From: an uncultured Chloroflexia bacterium
GTDB taxonomy: Bacteria > Chloroflexota > Anaerolineae > Anaerolineales > UBA4823
Length of the DNA: 64,000 bases
Reading direction: 5' to 3'
NCBI GenBank assembly: GCA_963725685.1
Contig: CAVRYZ010000008.1
Location: forward strand, 398,709 to 462,708
Positions within the stretch are counted from its first letter, which is position 1, and each line of letters starts with the position of its first letter. A program made the position numbers and the translations under genes. The notes under the pieces were generated by a model, which searched no databases, was not told where the DNA came from, and saw nothing but the letters and a program-made list of their open reading frames with translations. This document shows, in pieces, positions 9,303 through 19,653 of this stretch.

Positions 9303-10838
9303 ATGCAAAAGAAATATCTGATAGGCGTTGATCTAGGAACCAGCGGTACCAAAGCTGCGCTCTATCAGATTGACGGGAAGCTTATTTCCGAAGCCTCCGT
9401 TGAGGTCCCACTTTTTTATCCCACGCCGGGTGTTGTGGAGCAGGAAAATGAAGATTTCTACACTTCTGCTGCCCAGACTGTGCGGAAATGTGTGGAATCC
9501 AGCGGTGTCGACCCACGCGCCATCGCCGCAATTGCGTTTGATTCACAAATGGCTGGCGTTGGATTACTGGGAGAAGATTTCAAACCTGTCGCCAGGTTTG
9601 ACTCCTGGCTGGATATGCGCTGCCAACCTTATATCGAGTGGATGGATAAGGAAGCTGGTGATCGCATCACGCAGCTCACAGGCTGCCCACCCACCTGTGA
9701 CCATGGCCCCAAGATGCTGTGGTGGAAGCACGAACAGCCTGAGATATACCAGCAGACAGCTAAATTTGTGATGCCCGGAGGCTATGTGGCTGGTAGGATC
9801 GCCGGTTTACCATTCGATCAGGCATTCATCGACCATACTTACATCCATTTTTCAGGGTTTTCTGATGCCCAATCGGAAGTATGGTCCGCTGAATTATGCG
9901 ATCGATTCGGGTTGGATCAGGAAAAACTCCCCCGCATTATCGATTCCTGCACCATTATCGGTGAAGTACGGGAGGATTCTGCCAGTGAATTTGGTCTGGT
10001 TTCAGGAACTTTGATTGCAGCTGGTGCGGGAGATACTGCCGCAAATGCCTTGGGTGCTGGCATTGTGAACCCTGGAATGCTTTTTGATGTGGCAGGTACG
10101 GCGGCCGTCCTGGCTGGGTGCACCAATAAATTTGTGGCCGATACCAAAAATCGTGCCTTGATCACTATGCGTTCGGTCATCCATGGATTATGGAATCCGC
10201 TGGCATATATCGGGGGTGGTGGGATCGCATTACGCTGGTTCCGTGATCAGTTCTATAATCGGGCGCGCGGGCAAAGCCTGCCCATCACGGATGAAGACCT
10301 GTATCCGCATATGATCGCCCAGATTGAAACGGTGGCACCAGGCTCCGAAGGCTTGTTCTTCTCACCCCATCTTGGAGGTCGCATCTGCCCATCCAGCCCC
10401 GACATGCGTGGTGCATGGCTAGGAGTGTCGTGGTCACACACCCAGGCTCATTTTACCCGCTCGATTTTGGAAAGCATTGCCTACGAATATGCATATTATC
10501 TAAAAATACTGAAGGAAGCATTACCCGAATCAGTTTTGGTGGAAGCGCGCGTGGTTGGTGGCGGGGCACGCAGTTCAGTATGGAACCAGATCAAGGCTGA
10601 CGTGCTCAATGTGCCCTATCAAAGACTAAAAGGTAACGAGTTCGGTGCCTGGGGTGCGGCGATGATTGCTGGTAAAGCAGCTGGTTTGATCGATGACCTG
10701 GCTTCCCACGCTGAGCGATCTGCCGTATTGAGTGGCCTACCTTTCCACCCATCGCCAGAAAAGCACACCCTTTATGTCCCCCTGATTGAGAAATATATTG
10801 TACTGGAAGAAGCCTTGAACCAGTTTTATCGGTTGTAA
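9303..10838 (+). CDS. FGGY family carbohydrate kinase (xylulokinase-like)
   Basis: 511 aa. It has the N-terminal GVDLGTSGTKA motif and the C-terminal FGGY segment VVGGGARSSVWNQIKADVL. Confidence 0.85.
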   Translation: MQKKYLIGVDLGTSGTKAALYQIDGKLISEASVEVPLFYPTPGVVEQENEDFYTSAAQTVRKCVESSGVDPRAIAAIAFDSQMAGVGLLGEDFKPVARFDSWLDMRCQPYIEWMDKEAGDRITQLTGCPPTCDHGPKMLWWKHEQPEIYQQTAKFVMPGGYVAGRIAGLPFDQAFIDHTYIHFSGFSDAQSEVWSAELCDRFGLDQEKLPRIIDSCTIIGEVREDSASEFGLVSGTLIAAGAGDTAANALGAGIVNPGMLFDVAGTAAVLAGCTNKFVADTKNRALITMRSVIHGLWNPLAYIGGGGIALRWFRDQFYNRARGQSLPITDEDLYPHMIAQIETVAPGSEGLFFSPHLGGRICPSSPDMRGAWLGVSWSHTQAHFTRSILESIAYEYAYYLKILKEALPESVLVEARVVGGGARSSVWNQIKADVLNVPYQRLKGNEFGAWGAAMIAGKAAGLIDDLASHAERSAVLSGLPFHPSPEKHTLYVPLIEKYIVLEEALNQFYRL

Positions 10839-10885
10839 GCCTGAAGTTATCGTCTGGAGAAATACCTTGTTATGAGGAATTATTG

Positions 10886-11923
10886 ATGAAAAAACATATC
10901 CGAATTTGCATGATCGGTGGCGGAAGAGTCGGGAAAAACCACTCACGCGCCCTCACCCGTTACGTCCCTGGCGGGAAGATTGTTGCACTGGTTGAAACGA
11001 TGGAAGCGGTACGTCAGGAAACTGCGAATGAATTTGGGATCGAGAACCAGTTCGATTCGCTTGAGGCGGCGCTTGGTAAAGTTGATTTTGATGCTGTAGT
11101 CATTACCACCCCTACCCCCACCCACTTGCCGATTGCAAAGCTGGCAGCCGAAAATAAGAAGCATGTATTTCTTGAAAAACCGATGGCTCTATCCCTGGCA
11201 GAATGCGATGCAATCCTCAAGGTGATTGAGCAGAACGCGGTTCTTTTACAATTGGGTTTTATGCGTCGTTTTGATCCCGAGTTCGTCGCGGCTGCACAGC
11301 GCATCCAGGCGGGTGAGATTGGCCTGCCCATGATGATCAAAACCAATACTCACGGTCCAGGTTTACCGCCTGCATGGGCGCGCGATTTACGCACGTCGAA
11401 TGGTATGCTGGCGGAAGTGAACAGCCATGATTGGGATACCCTACGCTGGTTTATGAGCTCTAATCTAGAAAGAGTGTATACCGAAGTCGCGAACTTTAAA
11501 GGAGCTGCCAACCATGTCGATACTCCCAATTTCTATGATAATGTCCTGGTCAATGTAAAATTTGAGAATGGTGGCTTGGGCATGCTTTCAGGGGTCTGCC
11601 CCTGCGGTTATGGCTATGATGCCCGCGTAGAGATTATTGGCGAAAAAGGGATCATGCAAATCGGTGAGCTCAAAGGCCAATCGATCGTCGTCTGTACCGA
11701 CCGTGATCACGGGCTGGTGACCCCAATTTTTAGAACCTGGCCCGAACGATTCAAGTGGGCATATATCAATGAATTGGAACACTTTGTGGACTGCATCCTG
11801 ACTGAGACCCCACCCCGTGCTGGCGGAATTGACGGTCGTTGGGCGGTCGCGGGTGTTATAGCTGGGACAAAATCCTTTTTAGAAGGGCGTCCAGTTACCT
11901 TGAAAGAAATCATCAATGCCTGA
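10886..11923 (+). CDS. Gfo/Idh/MocA family oxidoreductase (inositol 2-dehydrogenase-like)
   Basis: Motifs are MIGGGRVGKNH (Rossmann) and FLEKPMA. ATG 10886 follows GAGGAA. The track start at 10883 is a TTG one codon upstream. Confidence 0.85.
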   Translation: MKKHIRICMIGGGRVGKNHSRALTRYVPGGKIVALVETMEAVRQETANEFGIENQFDSLEAALGKVDFDAVVITTPTPTHLPIAKLAAENKKHVFLEKPMALSLAECDAILKVIEQNAVLLQLGFMRRFDPEFVAAAQRIQAGEIGLPMMIKTNTHGPGLPPAWARDLRTSNGMLAEVNSHDWDTLRWFMSSNLERVYTEVANFKGAANHVDTPNFYDNVLVNVKFENGGLGMLSGVCPCGYGYDARVEIIGEKGIMQIGELKGQSIVVCTDRDHGLVTPIFRTWPERFKWAYINELEHFVDCILTETPPRAGGIDGRWAVAGVIAGTKSFLEGRPVTLKEIINA

Positions 11924-11945
11924 GGTACGTGGAGAGCGAGGCGAA

Positions 11946-12989
11946 ATGCTTGCTGCTGTATATCATGGCCCGAACGACTTACGCGTTGAAGATGTGCCAG
12001 TTCCTGAAATCGGAAAAGGTGAAATACTGGTCAAGGTGTTGAGTGCCAGTATATGCGGGACGGATTTGCGTATCTATCATGGAGATCACCGCATGTACCC
12101 GCCAGGGACGGTGCGTATTCCCGGGCACGAAGTGGTTGGCACCATTGAAAGTATAGGCGCACAGGTCAGTGGCTATACCATCGGACAGCGAGTATTTTGT
12201 GCACCCAACACCGGCTGCGGTCACTGCGAGCAGTGTGTGACCGGCAACAATAATCTGTGCGCCAATTATGACGCCATTGGGGTGACCTCCGATGGAGGTT
12301 TTGCGGAATATGTTCGGATTCCAGCCAACTCGGTCCAACAAGGCAATGTGATCCCTGTCAGCGAAAGTGTCGACCCGGCCGTGGCTGCCCTGGTAGAACC
12401 TTTTGCCTGTGTGCTCAGGGGGCAAAATGCCTTGCACATCAAACCCGGTGACGTTGTGTTGATCATGGGAGCTGGACCGATAGGGGTGATGCACCTCAAA
12501 CTTGCCAGGGCCCAAGGTGCAGGTCGCATCATCGTTAGCGAACTCACACCCGACCGTGCCATCCAGGCAAAGCGCATGGGTGCCCAGCGCGTGGTTGACC
12601 CTGGTTCAGAAGATATAAAAGCAATATTGGCTTCGGAAACGCATGGGCATGGCGCGGACGTGATCATTATTGCCGCACCAGTACATAAAGCGCAGGAGAG
12701 TGCCCTCGAGCTTGCCGCGATTGGTGGGAGGATTAACTTTTTCGGTGCGCTTCCGAAAGACAGACCTATTATCAGTTTTAATTCCAACCTGGTGCATTAC
12801 AAGGAGCTGGTAGTCACGGGTACAACCGCTTGCAGCACGGCTGATTGCTGGCAGGCGACCCGAATCATTGATTCTGGCCTGGTTGACCTATCGGATATCA
12901 TCAGCCAGCGGTTTCCATTAAAAGATGCTTTGAAAGCCTTCGCAGTCGCCGAAGACGGCAAATCCTTAAAAATTGTTCTGGAACCCTGA
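11946..12989 (+). CDS. Zinc-binding alcohol/polyol dehydrogenase (MDR family, sorbitol/threonine dehydrogenase-like)
   Basis: Motifs are CGTDLRIYHG, GHEVVG, the structural Zn Cys cluster CGHCEQCVTGNNNLC, and GAGPIG. I prefer ATG 11946 (GGAGAGCGAGG upstream). The ATG at 11916 is an alternative. Confidence 0.85.
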   Translation: MLAAVYHGPNDLRVEDVPVPEIGKGEILVKVLSASICGTDLRIYHGDHRMYPPGTVRIPGHEVVGTIESIGAQVSGYTIGQRVFCAPNTGCGHCEQCVTGNNNLCANYDAIGVTSDGGFAEYVRIPANSVQQGNVIPVSESVDPAVAALVEPFACVLRGQNALHIKPGDVVLIMGAGPIGVMHLKLARAQGAGRIIVSELTPDRAIQAKRMGAQRVVDPGSEDIKAILASETHGHGADVIIIAAPVHKAQESALELAAIGGRINFFGALPKDRPIISFNSNLVHYKELVVTGTTACSTADCWQATRIIDSGLVDLSDIISQRFPLKDALKAFAVAEDGKSLKIVLEP

Positions 12990-12994
12990 TCCCC

Positions 12995-13957
12995 ATGTCC
13001 TCTTCTTCCACATCCATGCTGCCACGACCGGCGATGACTGTTCAAGGGCCAGTCCCGTATGAACAATTGGGTATTACGGATGCGCATAATCACCTCTGGA
13101 TAGAAGCCGTCCCTGGAGGAAGAGAAGGCAATCCGGTTCTGAACCAGTATGACCTTATCCTGCGGGAGCTGGTCGAGTATCGCAGGAATGGTGGAGGTTC
13201 GGTGTTGGATTGTCAACCGGGTGGGTGTGGTCGCGATGGCAATAAGCTATTGCAGCTCTCAAAGGCGTCCAGGGTTAATCTCATCGCCTGTACAGGTTTC
13301 CACCTAAAAAAATACTACCCCCCCGATTACTGGTTATGGGAAGCAAGTGCTCAAAAAGTCAGTGATACCTTGACTTCCGAGCTGGAGCAAGGGGTAGATG
13401 AGACACTCAACACCCACATTTCTGCCAGGGCTGGGTTTATCAAGATCGCCCTCGAAGATGCCTGGACTGACTGTCCGCTTGCTGCCCTAGAAGGTGCTGC
13501 TTCAGCGGCGTACAACACCAAAGCAATCATCGAAATTCACACTGAAAAAGGTTCCCTGGCTGAAAAAGCCTGTGTTTATTTTATCGATCATTCGGTGTTG
13601 CCCCAACAGCTGGTGCTGTGCCACATTGACAAGAGGCCAGACCTGAGTCTGCATAAAGCACTTGCTGACCTTGGCGTGTTGCTCGAGTATGACACCTTTT
13701 ATCGACCGAAATATGATCCGGAAACTAACCTCTGGCCGTTGATTGATCGAATGGTCAGCGAAGGATTATCCAACCGGGTTGCCTTTGCCACCGATATGGC
13801 TGCGTCTTCTCTTTATCACAATATCGGCGGCGGACCAGGCCTGTCAAGTTTGCCTGGTGAAATCCAGCGAAGATTAGCCGAAAAAGGATACCCGGACACT
13901 GCCCGTAAGCAGATGCTGGGAGAGAATATCGCCCGCCGACTAGCCGGAATAGATTAA
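12995..13957 (+). CDS. Phosphotriesterase-family (PTE/PHP, amidohydrolase superfamily) protein, possible sugar(-phosphate) lactonase
   Basis: All family metal-ligand positions are recognisable: HNH (TDAHNHLW), a Lys in FIKIAL, a His in EIHTEKG, a His in LCHID and an Asp in ATDMA. The start could instead be M14 (13034). Confidence 0.8.
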   Translation: MSSSSTSMLPRPAMTVQGPVPYEQLGITDAHNHLWIEAVPGGREGNPVLNQYDLILRELVEYRRNGGGSVLDCQPGGCGRDGNKLLQLSKASRVNLIACTGFHLKKYYPPDYWLWEASAQKVSDTLTSELEQGVDETLNTHISARAGFIKIALEDAWTDCPLAALEGAASAAYNTKAIIEIHTEKGSLAEKACVYFIDHSVLPQQLVLCHIDKRPDLSLHKALADLGVLLEYDTFYRPKYDPETNLWPLIDRMVSEGLSNRVAFATDMAASSLYHNIGGGPGLSSLPGEIQRRLAEKGYPDTARKQMLGENIARRLAGID

Positions 13958-13976
13958 TTCCAATCAGGAGAATGAG

Positions 13977-14549
13977 ATGGTTGACTTACCCTTTGCATTC
14001 ACGCTTCCCATGCCGCAGGTGATTCCATCCAAGGTAGATAATCACATTGAAAGGCGCCTCTCGGCATTGCGCGGCCAATTTTTAGACCAGGAGACTTATT
14101 ACAAAATGCTCACGGATGGCGACAGGTTGATCTATGAAGTCTATGAAATCAAGCGCCCTGAAGTGGAAGGTGAGATTTTGATGGGAATCTCGATCGTCCA
14201 CCCGGGTAAGGTGGGCAATGAATTCTTTATGACCAAGGGACATTTTCACTCCATCCTCGAAACCGCGGAAGTCTATTATTGCTTACGCGGTGAGGGCTTT
14301 ATGGTGATGGAAACACCCGAAGGAGATACTTCTGTTGTAGCGCTCTCCCCGGGGAAAGTCTTGTATGTGCCGCCTCGCTGGGCTCACAGGTCAGTATGCA
14401 CCTCGCGCCAGGAAGACCTGGTGACATTCTTTGCTTACCCAGGGAATGCGGGCCATGACTATGGCACGATTGAACGCCAGGGTTTTCGCAAGCTGGTGGT
14501 TGAAGGCGCAAATGGTCCTGAGATTATTGATAACCCGCGCTGCCAGTGA
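13977..14549 (+). CDS. Cupin-type glucose-6-phosphate isomerase-like protein (cPGI family)
   Basis: 190 aa. PGKVGNEFFMTKGHFH...EVY and VPPRWAHRSV match my recollection of the cPGI signatures TxxxPxxxGxExxxTxGHxH..ExY and PPxxxHxxx(N). Confidence 0.7.
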   Translation: MVDLPFAFTLPMPQVIPSKVDNHIERRLSALRGQFLDQETYYKMLTDGDRLIYEVYEIKRPEVEGEILMGISIVHPGKVGNEFFMTKGHFHSILETAEVYYCLRGEGFMVMETPEGDTSVVALSPGKVLYVPPRWAHRSVCTSRQEDLVTFFAYPGNAGHDYGTIERQGFRKLVVEGANGPEIIDNPRCQ

Positions 14550-14561
14550 TCCGGAGTATAT

Positions 14562-15527
14562 ATGAAGCTTAAAGAATGCCGTTTACTGGTCACACCAACA
14601 TCCTATGGAAAAAACGATTCCCGCCTCAAGACGGAATTGGAGGCGCTGGTGGGAGAAGTGATCTACAACCCAACCGGCAAGCCGCTCTCCTCTACCGAGG
14701 TTGCCAGCTTATTGCCGGGGATCGATGGATATATTGCCGGGCTGGATGGTATCGATGCGATGGCTTTAAGCGCAGCTGACCGACTTAAGGTGATTTCGCG
14801 CTATGGGGTGGGGATTGATAATGTAGACCTGGTTGCGGCGCGCGAAAAAGGAATCGTGGTGACTAATACACCAGGAGCGAATTCTGTCTCGGTTGCAGAG
14901 CTTGCCCTGGGATTGATTCTGGCACTAGCGCGCCAGATCCCCGAAGCGGTTGAAGCGGTTCACCAGGGTAAATGGCCTCGCTATGCCGGGATCAGCCTGG
15001 AAGGTAAGACGATCGGCATTCTCGGTCTGGGCGCGATCGGTAAACAACTTGCCCGCCGTCTATCTGGATTTGATTGCAAGCTCCTGGCGTTCGATCCATT
15101 CGCAGATGCAAGTTTTGCGGATGCCAATCATGTTGAGCTCGCCAGCATGGAAGTGGTGATCCAGCGTTCCGATTTTATCAGCCTGCACCTGCCCCTGTTG
15201 CCAGAGACGCGCAACCTGGTGAATGAGAGCTTCTTGAGCAGGATGAAGAAAGGCTCTTTCCTGGTAAATACATCACGCGGTGAGGTGGTGGATGAATCAG
15301 CTCTGCTATCAGCATTACAGAGCGGCCATCTCAAAGGGGCGGGTCTGGATGCATTCACCATCGAGCCTCCTGATCCGAAGAACCCACTTTTGGGATTACC
15401 ACAGGTGATTGCCACGCCCCATCTTGGTGCGCAAACCGATGGCGCCACCAGCAATATGGGCTGGTTCGCCATGCGTGATTGTCTGGCAGTGTTAAAGAAT
15501 GAAATTCCAATGTATAGAGTCGTTTAA
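14562..15527 (+). CDS. D-isomer-specific 2-hydroxyacid dehydrogenase (PGDH/GyaR-like)
   Basis: 321 aa with the NAD motif GILGLGAIGKQLARR and the catalytic-region segments NTSRGEVVDE and TPHLGA. Confidence 0.85.
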   Translation: MKLKECRLLVTPTSYGKNDSRLKTELEALVGEVIYNPTGKPLSSTEVASLLPGIDGYIAGLDGIDAMALSAADRLKVISRYGVGIDNVDLVAAREKGIVVTNTPGANSVSVAELALGLILALARQIPEAVEAVHQGKWPRYAGISLEGKTIGILGLGAIGKQLARRLSGFDCKLLAFDPFADASFADANHVELASMEVVIQRSDFISLHLPLLPETRNLVNESFLSRMKKGSFLVNTSRGEVVDESALLSALQSGHLKGAGLDAFTIEPPDPKNPLLGLPQVIATPHLGAQTDGATSNMGWFAMRDCLAVLKNEIPMYRVV

Positions 15528-15559
15528 GCAGCATTTATCACAATATTATTGGAGGAGTT

Positions 15560-16204
15560 ATGCTAAAAGCAGAAGTATTGGAAAAAGTAAAGCAGCTGGG
15601 TTTCCTGGCGGTGATCCGCGGTCCGTCTCCAGAATTAACCGTCAAAATGGTTGAAGCCCTTGTGGCGGGTGGGGTATTGGGCATCGAGATTACTTACAGC
15701 ACACCGAATGCAGAGGATGTGGTCCGAACACTCACCAAGATGTTCGGGGACACGATTGTGCTCGGTATGGGAACCCTGACTAAGCCCGAGCAAGCGCTGA
15801 CTGCCAGGGCTGCTGGTGCAAGCTTCCTGGTTTCCCCGGTTTGCGAGCTGAACCTTGTAAAAGCCATGGTCGAGAGTGGCTTATTGTGCATGGCAGGGGC
15901 ATTTACTCCTACCGAGGTTTTCCAGGCATATAGCATGGGCGTCGATGTGGTCAAGATTTTCCCAGGCTCCCTGGGTGGACCAGCTTACATCAAAGCCCTT
16001 AGAGGACCCTTCCCGTATATCCCCATGATGCCCACTGGTGGGGTGAGTGCCGGGAATGTGGCAGATTGGTTTACCGCCGGGGTTGTGGCGGTAGGTGCCG
16101 GAAGTGAGCTTTGCCCACCCCAACTGGCAAAAGATGGGAAATTTGATGAGATCTCAAAACGCGTGGCTGAGTTCGTGCAGATTGTTAAATCCGCCAGAGG
16201 GTAA
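15560..16204 (+). CDS. eda: 2-dehydro-3-deoxyphosphogluconate / 4-hydroxy-2-oxoglutarate aldolase
   Basis: 214 aa. It shows the family pattern GIEITYSTP, VKIFPG (Schiff-base Lys region) and PTGGVS. Confidence 0.8.
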   Translation: MLKAEVLEKVKQLGFLAVIRGPSPELTVKMVEALVAGGVLGIEITYSTPNAEDVVRTLTKMFGDTIVLGMGTLTKPEQALTARAAGASFLVSPVCELNLVKAMVESGLLCMAGAFTPTEVFQAYSMGVDVVKIFPGSLGGPAYIKALRGPFPYIPMMPTGGVSAGNVADWFTAGVVAVGAGSELCPPQLAKDGKFDEISKRVAEFVQIVKSARG

Positions 16205-16216
16205 ACCGAGGACATA

Positions 16217-17188
16217 ATGACAGCCATCACCAAACAGGGAAACTATCCGGTTGTAAAAAAATCAGTTCCCACATTTTATTTTATTGGTGTGACCACCAGC
16301 AAGTCTTCGATTATGAAGGTTTTCCCCTTGTGGATGAAAATCCTGGGACGGGAAGAGGTGGTGATGGAGGGCGTGGATTGCAAAATCCATGATGACGCCG
16401 AGGTCTACCGGAGAGCGGTTGCGCAAATCAAATATGATCCCCTTTCATTAGGCTCGCTCGTAACCACGCACAAGATTGACCTGCTCAACGCCGCTCGAGA
16501 TATGTTTGAATATCTTGATCCATATGCGCTGATCACCGGTGAAGTATCCAGTATCTCGAAATTGGATGGCCGTTTGGAAGGGCACGCCAAGGATCCGATC
16601 ACTTCAGGCTCAAGCCTGGATGCGATCATCGAACCTGGTTATTTTGCCAGGACGCATGCTGAGGTACTGTGTTTTGGTGCGGGAGGCTCGGGTGTTGCCA
16701 CCCTGCTGCACCTGATCAACAATAAAGATAGGGGCGACCGACCGAGTAAATTCACATTCGTGAACCGTTCTCAAGGGCGGTTGGAGCACGCAAAAGAAAT
16801 GGTGGGAAGTTTAAAAACCGATATCGCCATCGATTACATCTGCAATTCAGACCCCGCGATTAACGATAAAATAATGGAGAAATTCCCGCCGCATAGTATC
16901 ATCATCAATGCCACCGGCATGGGTAAGGATACCCCTGGCTCACCCATCACCTGGCAGGGGAAATTCCCCGAGAACAGCATTGCCTGGGAATTCAACTACC
17001 GGGGTGAATTAGATTTCATGCACCAGTCCCTGGCCCAGGTAGAGAGCCGTCATGTTAAAGTTGAGGATGGATGGCTGTATTTTGTGCATGGTTGGACGCA
17101 GGTGGTTGCTCAAGTCTTACATTTTGACCTCACCCCAACCTTGTTCGACCAGCTGAATCAAGCTGCCTCATCGGTCAGAGGAAAGTAG
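16217..17188 (+). CDS. Shikimate/quinate dehydrogenase-family protein (substrate unknown)
   Basis: 323 aa. Segments are AroE-like: LVTTHKID (compare NVTxPxK), GAGGSGVA (NAD(P) loop) and INATGMG. The call is family level only. Confidence 0.5.
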   Translation: MTAITKQGNYPVVKKSVPTFYFIGVTTSKSSIMKVFPLWMKILGREEVVMEGVDCKIHDDAEVYRRAVAQIKYDPLSLGSLVTTHKIDLLNAARDMFEYLDPYALITGEVSSISKLDGRLEGHAKDPITSGSSLDAIIEPGYFARTHAEVLCFGAGGSGVATLLHLINNKDRGDRPSKFTFVNRSQGRLEHAKEMVGSLKTDIAIDYICNSDPAINDKIMEKFPPHSIIINATGMGKDTPGSPITWQGKFPENSIAWEFNYRGELDFMHQSLAQVESRHVKVEDGWLYFVHGWTQVVAQVLHFDLTPTLFDQLNQAASSVRGK

Positions 17189-17277
17189 TGTCTCATTATG
17201 ATGAAATTCGGGAATCTTTGGTGCATGAATTCAGTAACAGCAACCAGGATCCCCGCACAGGTTGAAAGGTTGATTGG

Positions 17278-17985
17278 ATGTTCCTGACAGCTAAAGACAT
17301 TGCAAAGATGATTGACCTGTCTTGTGTGCGTACGGTATCCAGCAAAGCAGATATCGATGAAATGGTGCAGGCGGCACACAAGTATGGTTTCGGTCACGTC
17401 TCGGTTCTGCAATGCTTTATTCCATACACCAAACAGCAGCTGCAGAGGGCTCCAGATGTGCTCCTGGTGGGTAATGTGAGTTTCCCTTCCGGCTCAGATT
17501 CCACCACGCTTAAAATTGCCCAGGCGAAGGAAATGCTTGCGGAAGGTTGTGACGAAATCGACATGGTCATGAATATCGGTAAGCTGCGTTCAGGCGAGCT
17601 CTCTGAGGTGGAAGAAGATGTGCGGGCGGTTATCGAGACTGTACGGCCGACCCCGGTGAAGGTGATCATCGAGATCATGGTTTTGACCACGGAGGAGACT
17701 GTCCAAGCATGCGGTGTATGCCTTCGGGCTGGTGCGGCTTTCATAAAAACAGGCACCGGTTGGGCTGATCGGGGTACCACCCTGGAGGATGTACGCTTGA
17801 TTAAATCGTTGGTGGGTGACCATATCCAGATCAAAGCCTCGGGTGGCATCCGCAGCCTGGATATGCTGGTGAAAATGCACACCGCTGGTGCAACGCGCTT
17901 TGGTGTGAATCTTAAAAGTGGGATCAAGATTGTGGAGGAGTGCCTGTCTCAAGGATCAATGGTCGAGGTAGGATCAGCATCGTAA
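17278..17985 (+). CDS. deoC: Deoxyribose-phosphate aldolase family protein
   Basis: 235 aa with DeoC-like segments IDLSCVR, VKVIIE, FIKTGTGW (Schiff-base Lys) and IKASGGIR. Confidence 0.75.
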   Translation: MFLTAKDIAKMIDLSCVRTVSSKADIDEMVQAAHKYGFGHVSVLQCFIPYTKQQLQRAPDVLLVGNVSFPSGSDSTTLKIAQAKEMLAEGCDEIDMVMNIGKLRSGELSEVEEDVRAVIETVRPTPVKVIIEIMVLTTEETVQACGVCLRAGAAFIKTGTGWADRGTTLEDVRLIKSLVGDHIQIKASGGIRSLDMLVKMHTAGATRFGVNLKSGIKIVEECLSQGSMVEVGSAS

Positions 17986-17999
17986 ATCATGGATATCTT

Positions 18000-19538
18000 A
18001 TGAGCAAGAAAATCATCTCTTTTGATCTCGGAACCGGCGGTAATAAAGCTTACCTATACGACATGGAAGGTAATTGCCTGGCAAGTGCCTTCGTGCCTTA
18101 CAGCACTCACTATCCTCAGGTGGGGTGGCATGAACAGCGCCCGGCAGATTGGTGGAATGCAGTTGTGGAGAGCACCCGCACCCTGCTCCAAACCAGCGCT
18201 GTGGATAAAGCTGATATTGCCTGCCTGGGCATATCTGGGCACAGCCTGGGTGCGGTACCGGTTGATATCCATGGGAATCTGCTAAGAGATGAAACGCCGA
18301 TCTGGTCTGACATCCGCGCCCAGGCGGAAGCCCAAGAATTCTTCAAAACGGTGAATCCGGAGGAATGGTATATGACCACCGGTAATGGCTTCCCGGCAGC
18401 CTGCTATACCATTTTCAAGGTGATGTGGTACAAGAAGCATGAACCCGAAATGTGGCGAAATGTTTATAAGATCCTCGGCACCAAGGATTATATTAACTTC
18501 AAGCTGACCGGTAAAATGCTGACCGACCACTCCTATGCGTCTGGTAGCGGAATTTATGACCTCAAAGATTGGAAATATTCTGGTGCGTTCGTTAATGCCA
18601 GTGGTATCCCAGCTGAGGTATGGCCTGAGACCGTGCCATCAACCCATATCATTGGTGATGTCCTGCCAGACATTGCAAGCTTGATGGGATTGGGCAATCG
18701 GGTTCTGGTGGTATGTGGCGGGGTGGATAACTCGTGCATGGCATTGGGAGCCAAAAATATCCGGGATGGGCGGGTTTATACCTCTTTGGGCTCCTCAGCC
18801 TGGATTGCTGTATCGTCCGAAAAGCCGGTGCTCGACAAGCAATATAAGCCCTATGTCTTTGCGCATGTGATCCCAAGTATGTTCACTTCCGCGGTCAGCA
18901 TATTTTCCGCAGGCACATCCTTTGCCTGGGTGAAGGACAATATCTGTACTGATTTGGTAGCAGAAGCTGACGCTGATGGTAAGGACGTCTATTCCTTGAT
19001 GAACGAGGTAGCTGAGCGGGCTCCGCTGGGCTCAAATAAATTGCTCTTCAACCCCAGCCTGGCTGGAGGTACCTCCCAGGATGCCAGCGTGAATATTCGT
19101 GGGGCATTCATTGGACTAGACCTGAAACACGGCAAGCCTGAGCTGATCCGCTCGGTGATGGAAGGCATCGCCATGAACCTGCGCCTACGCCTGGACCTGC
19201 TGCGAAAATATACCCGGCTGGAGGATGACATCCTGTTTGTGGGCGGAGGTGCTAAAAGCCGTTTCTATTTGGGTATCTTCGCTGATGTGTTCAACACGCG
19301 TATTCTAAAGACCAATATCGACCAGGACGCTGCCGCCCTGGGTGCGGCTGCCATTGCGGCAGTGGGCTGTGGCATCTGGCCGAATTTCGAGAAGATTGAC
19401 GAGATTCATAAAATTGTCGAGGTGGTTGAGCCGGATAAGGCTAACAACCAAAAATATGAAAAGCTGCTGCCAATATTCAGCCTGGCAGCAGAATATCAAG
19501 CCCAAGTGAGTGATGCGCTTCAGCAACTTGATTTATGA
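18000..19538 (+). CDS. FGGY family carbohydrate kinase
   Basis: I trimmed the start to ATG 18000 (MSKKIISFDLGTGGNKA), because the track ORF start at 17940 overlaps deoC. The FGGY C-terminal segment is VGGGAKSRFYLGIFADVF. Confidence 0.85.
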   Translation: MSKKIISFDLGTGGNKAYLYDMEGNCLASAFVPYSTHYPQVGWHEQRPADWWNAVVESTRTLLQTSAVDKADIACLGISGHSLGAVPVDIHGNLLRDETPIWSDIRAQAEAQEFFKTVNPEEWYMTTGNGFPAACYTIFKVMWYKKHEPEMWRNVYKILGTKDYINFKLTGKMLTDHSYASGSGIYDLKDWKYSGAFVNASGIPAEVWPETVPSTHIIGDVLPDIASLMGLGNRVLVVCGGVDNSCMALGAKNIRDGRVYTSLGSSAWIAVSSEKPVLDKQYKPYVFAHVIPSMFTSAVSIFSAGTSFAWVKDNICTDLVAEADADGKDVYSLMNEVAERAPLGSNKLLFNPSLAGGTSQDASVNIRGAFIGLDLKHGKPELIRSVMEGIAMNLRLRLDLLRKYTRLEDDILFVGGGAKSRFYLGIFADVFNTRILKTNIDQDAAALGAAAIAAVGCGIWPNFEKIDEIHKIVEVVEPDKANNQKYEKLLPIFSLAAEYQAQVSDALQQLDL

Positions 19539-19653
19539 CCCTGTTCAAATAGAATTATTAAGCTATTGGAGGAACACAAACCAACAAGCCAGCCAGCATT
19601 TCTGAATATCAAAGCCATAATTCGAAAATTATCTCTCGAAAGGAAAATATATT

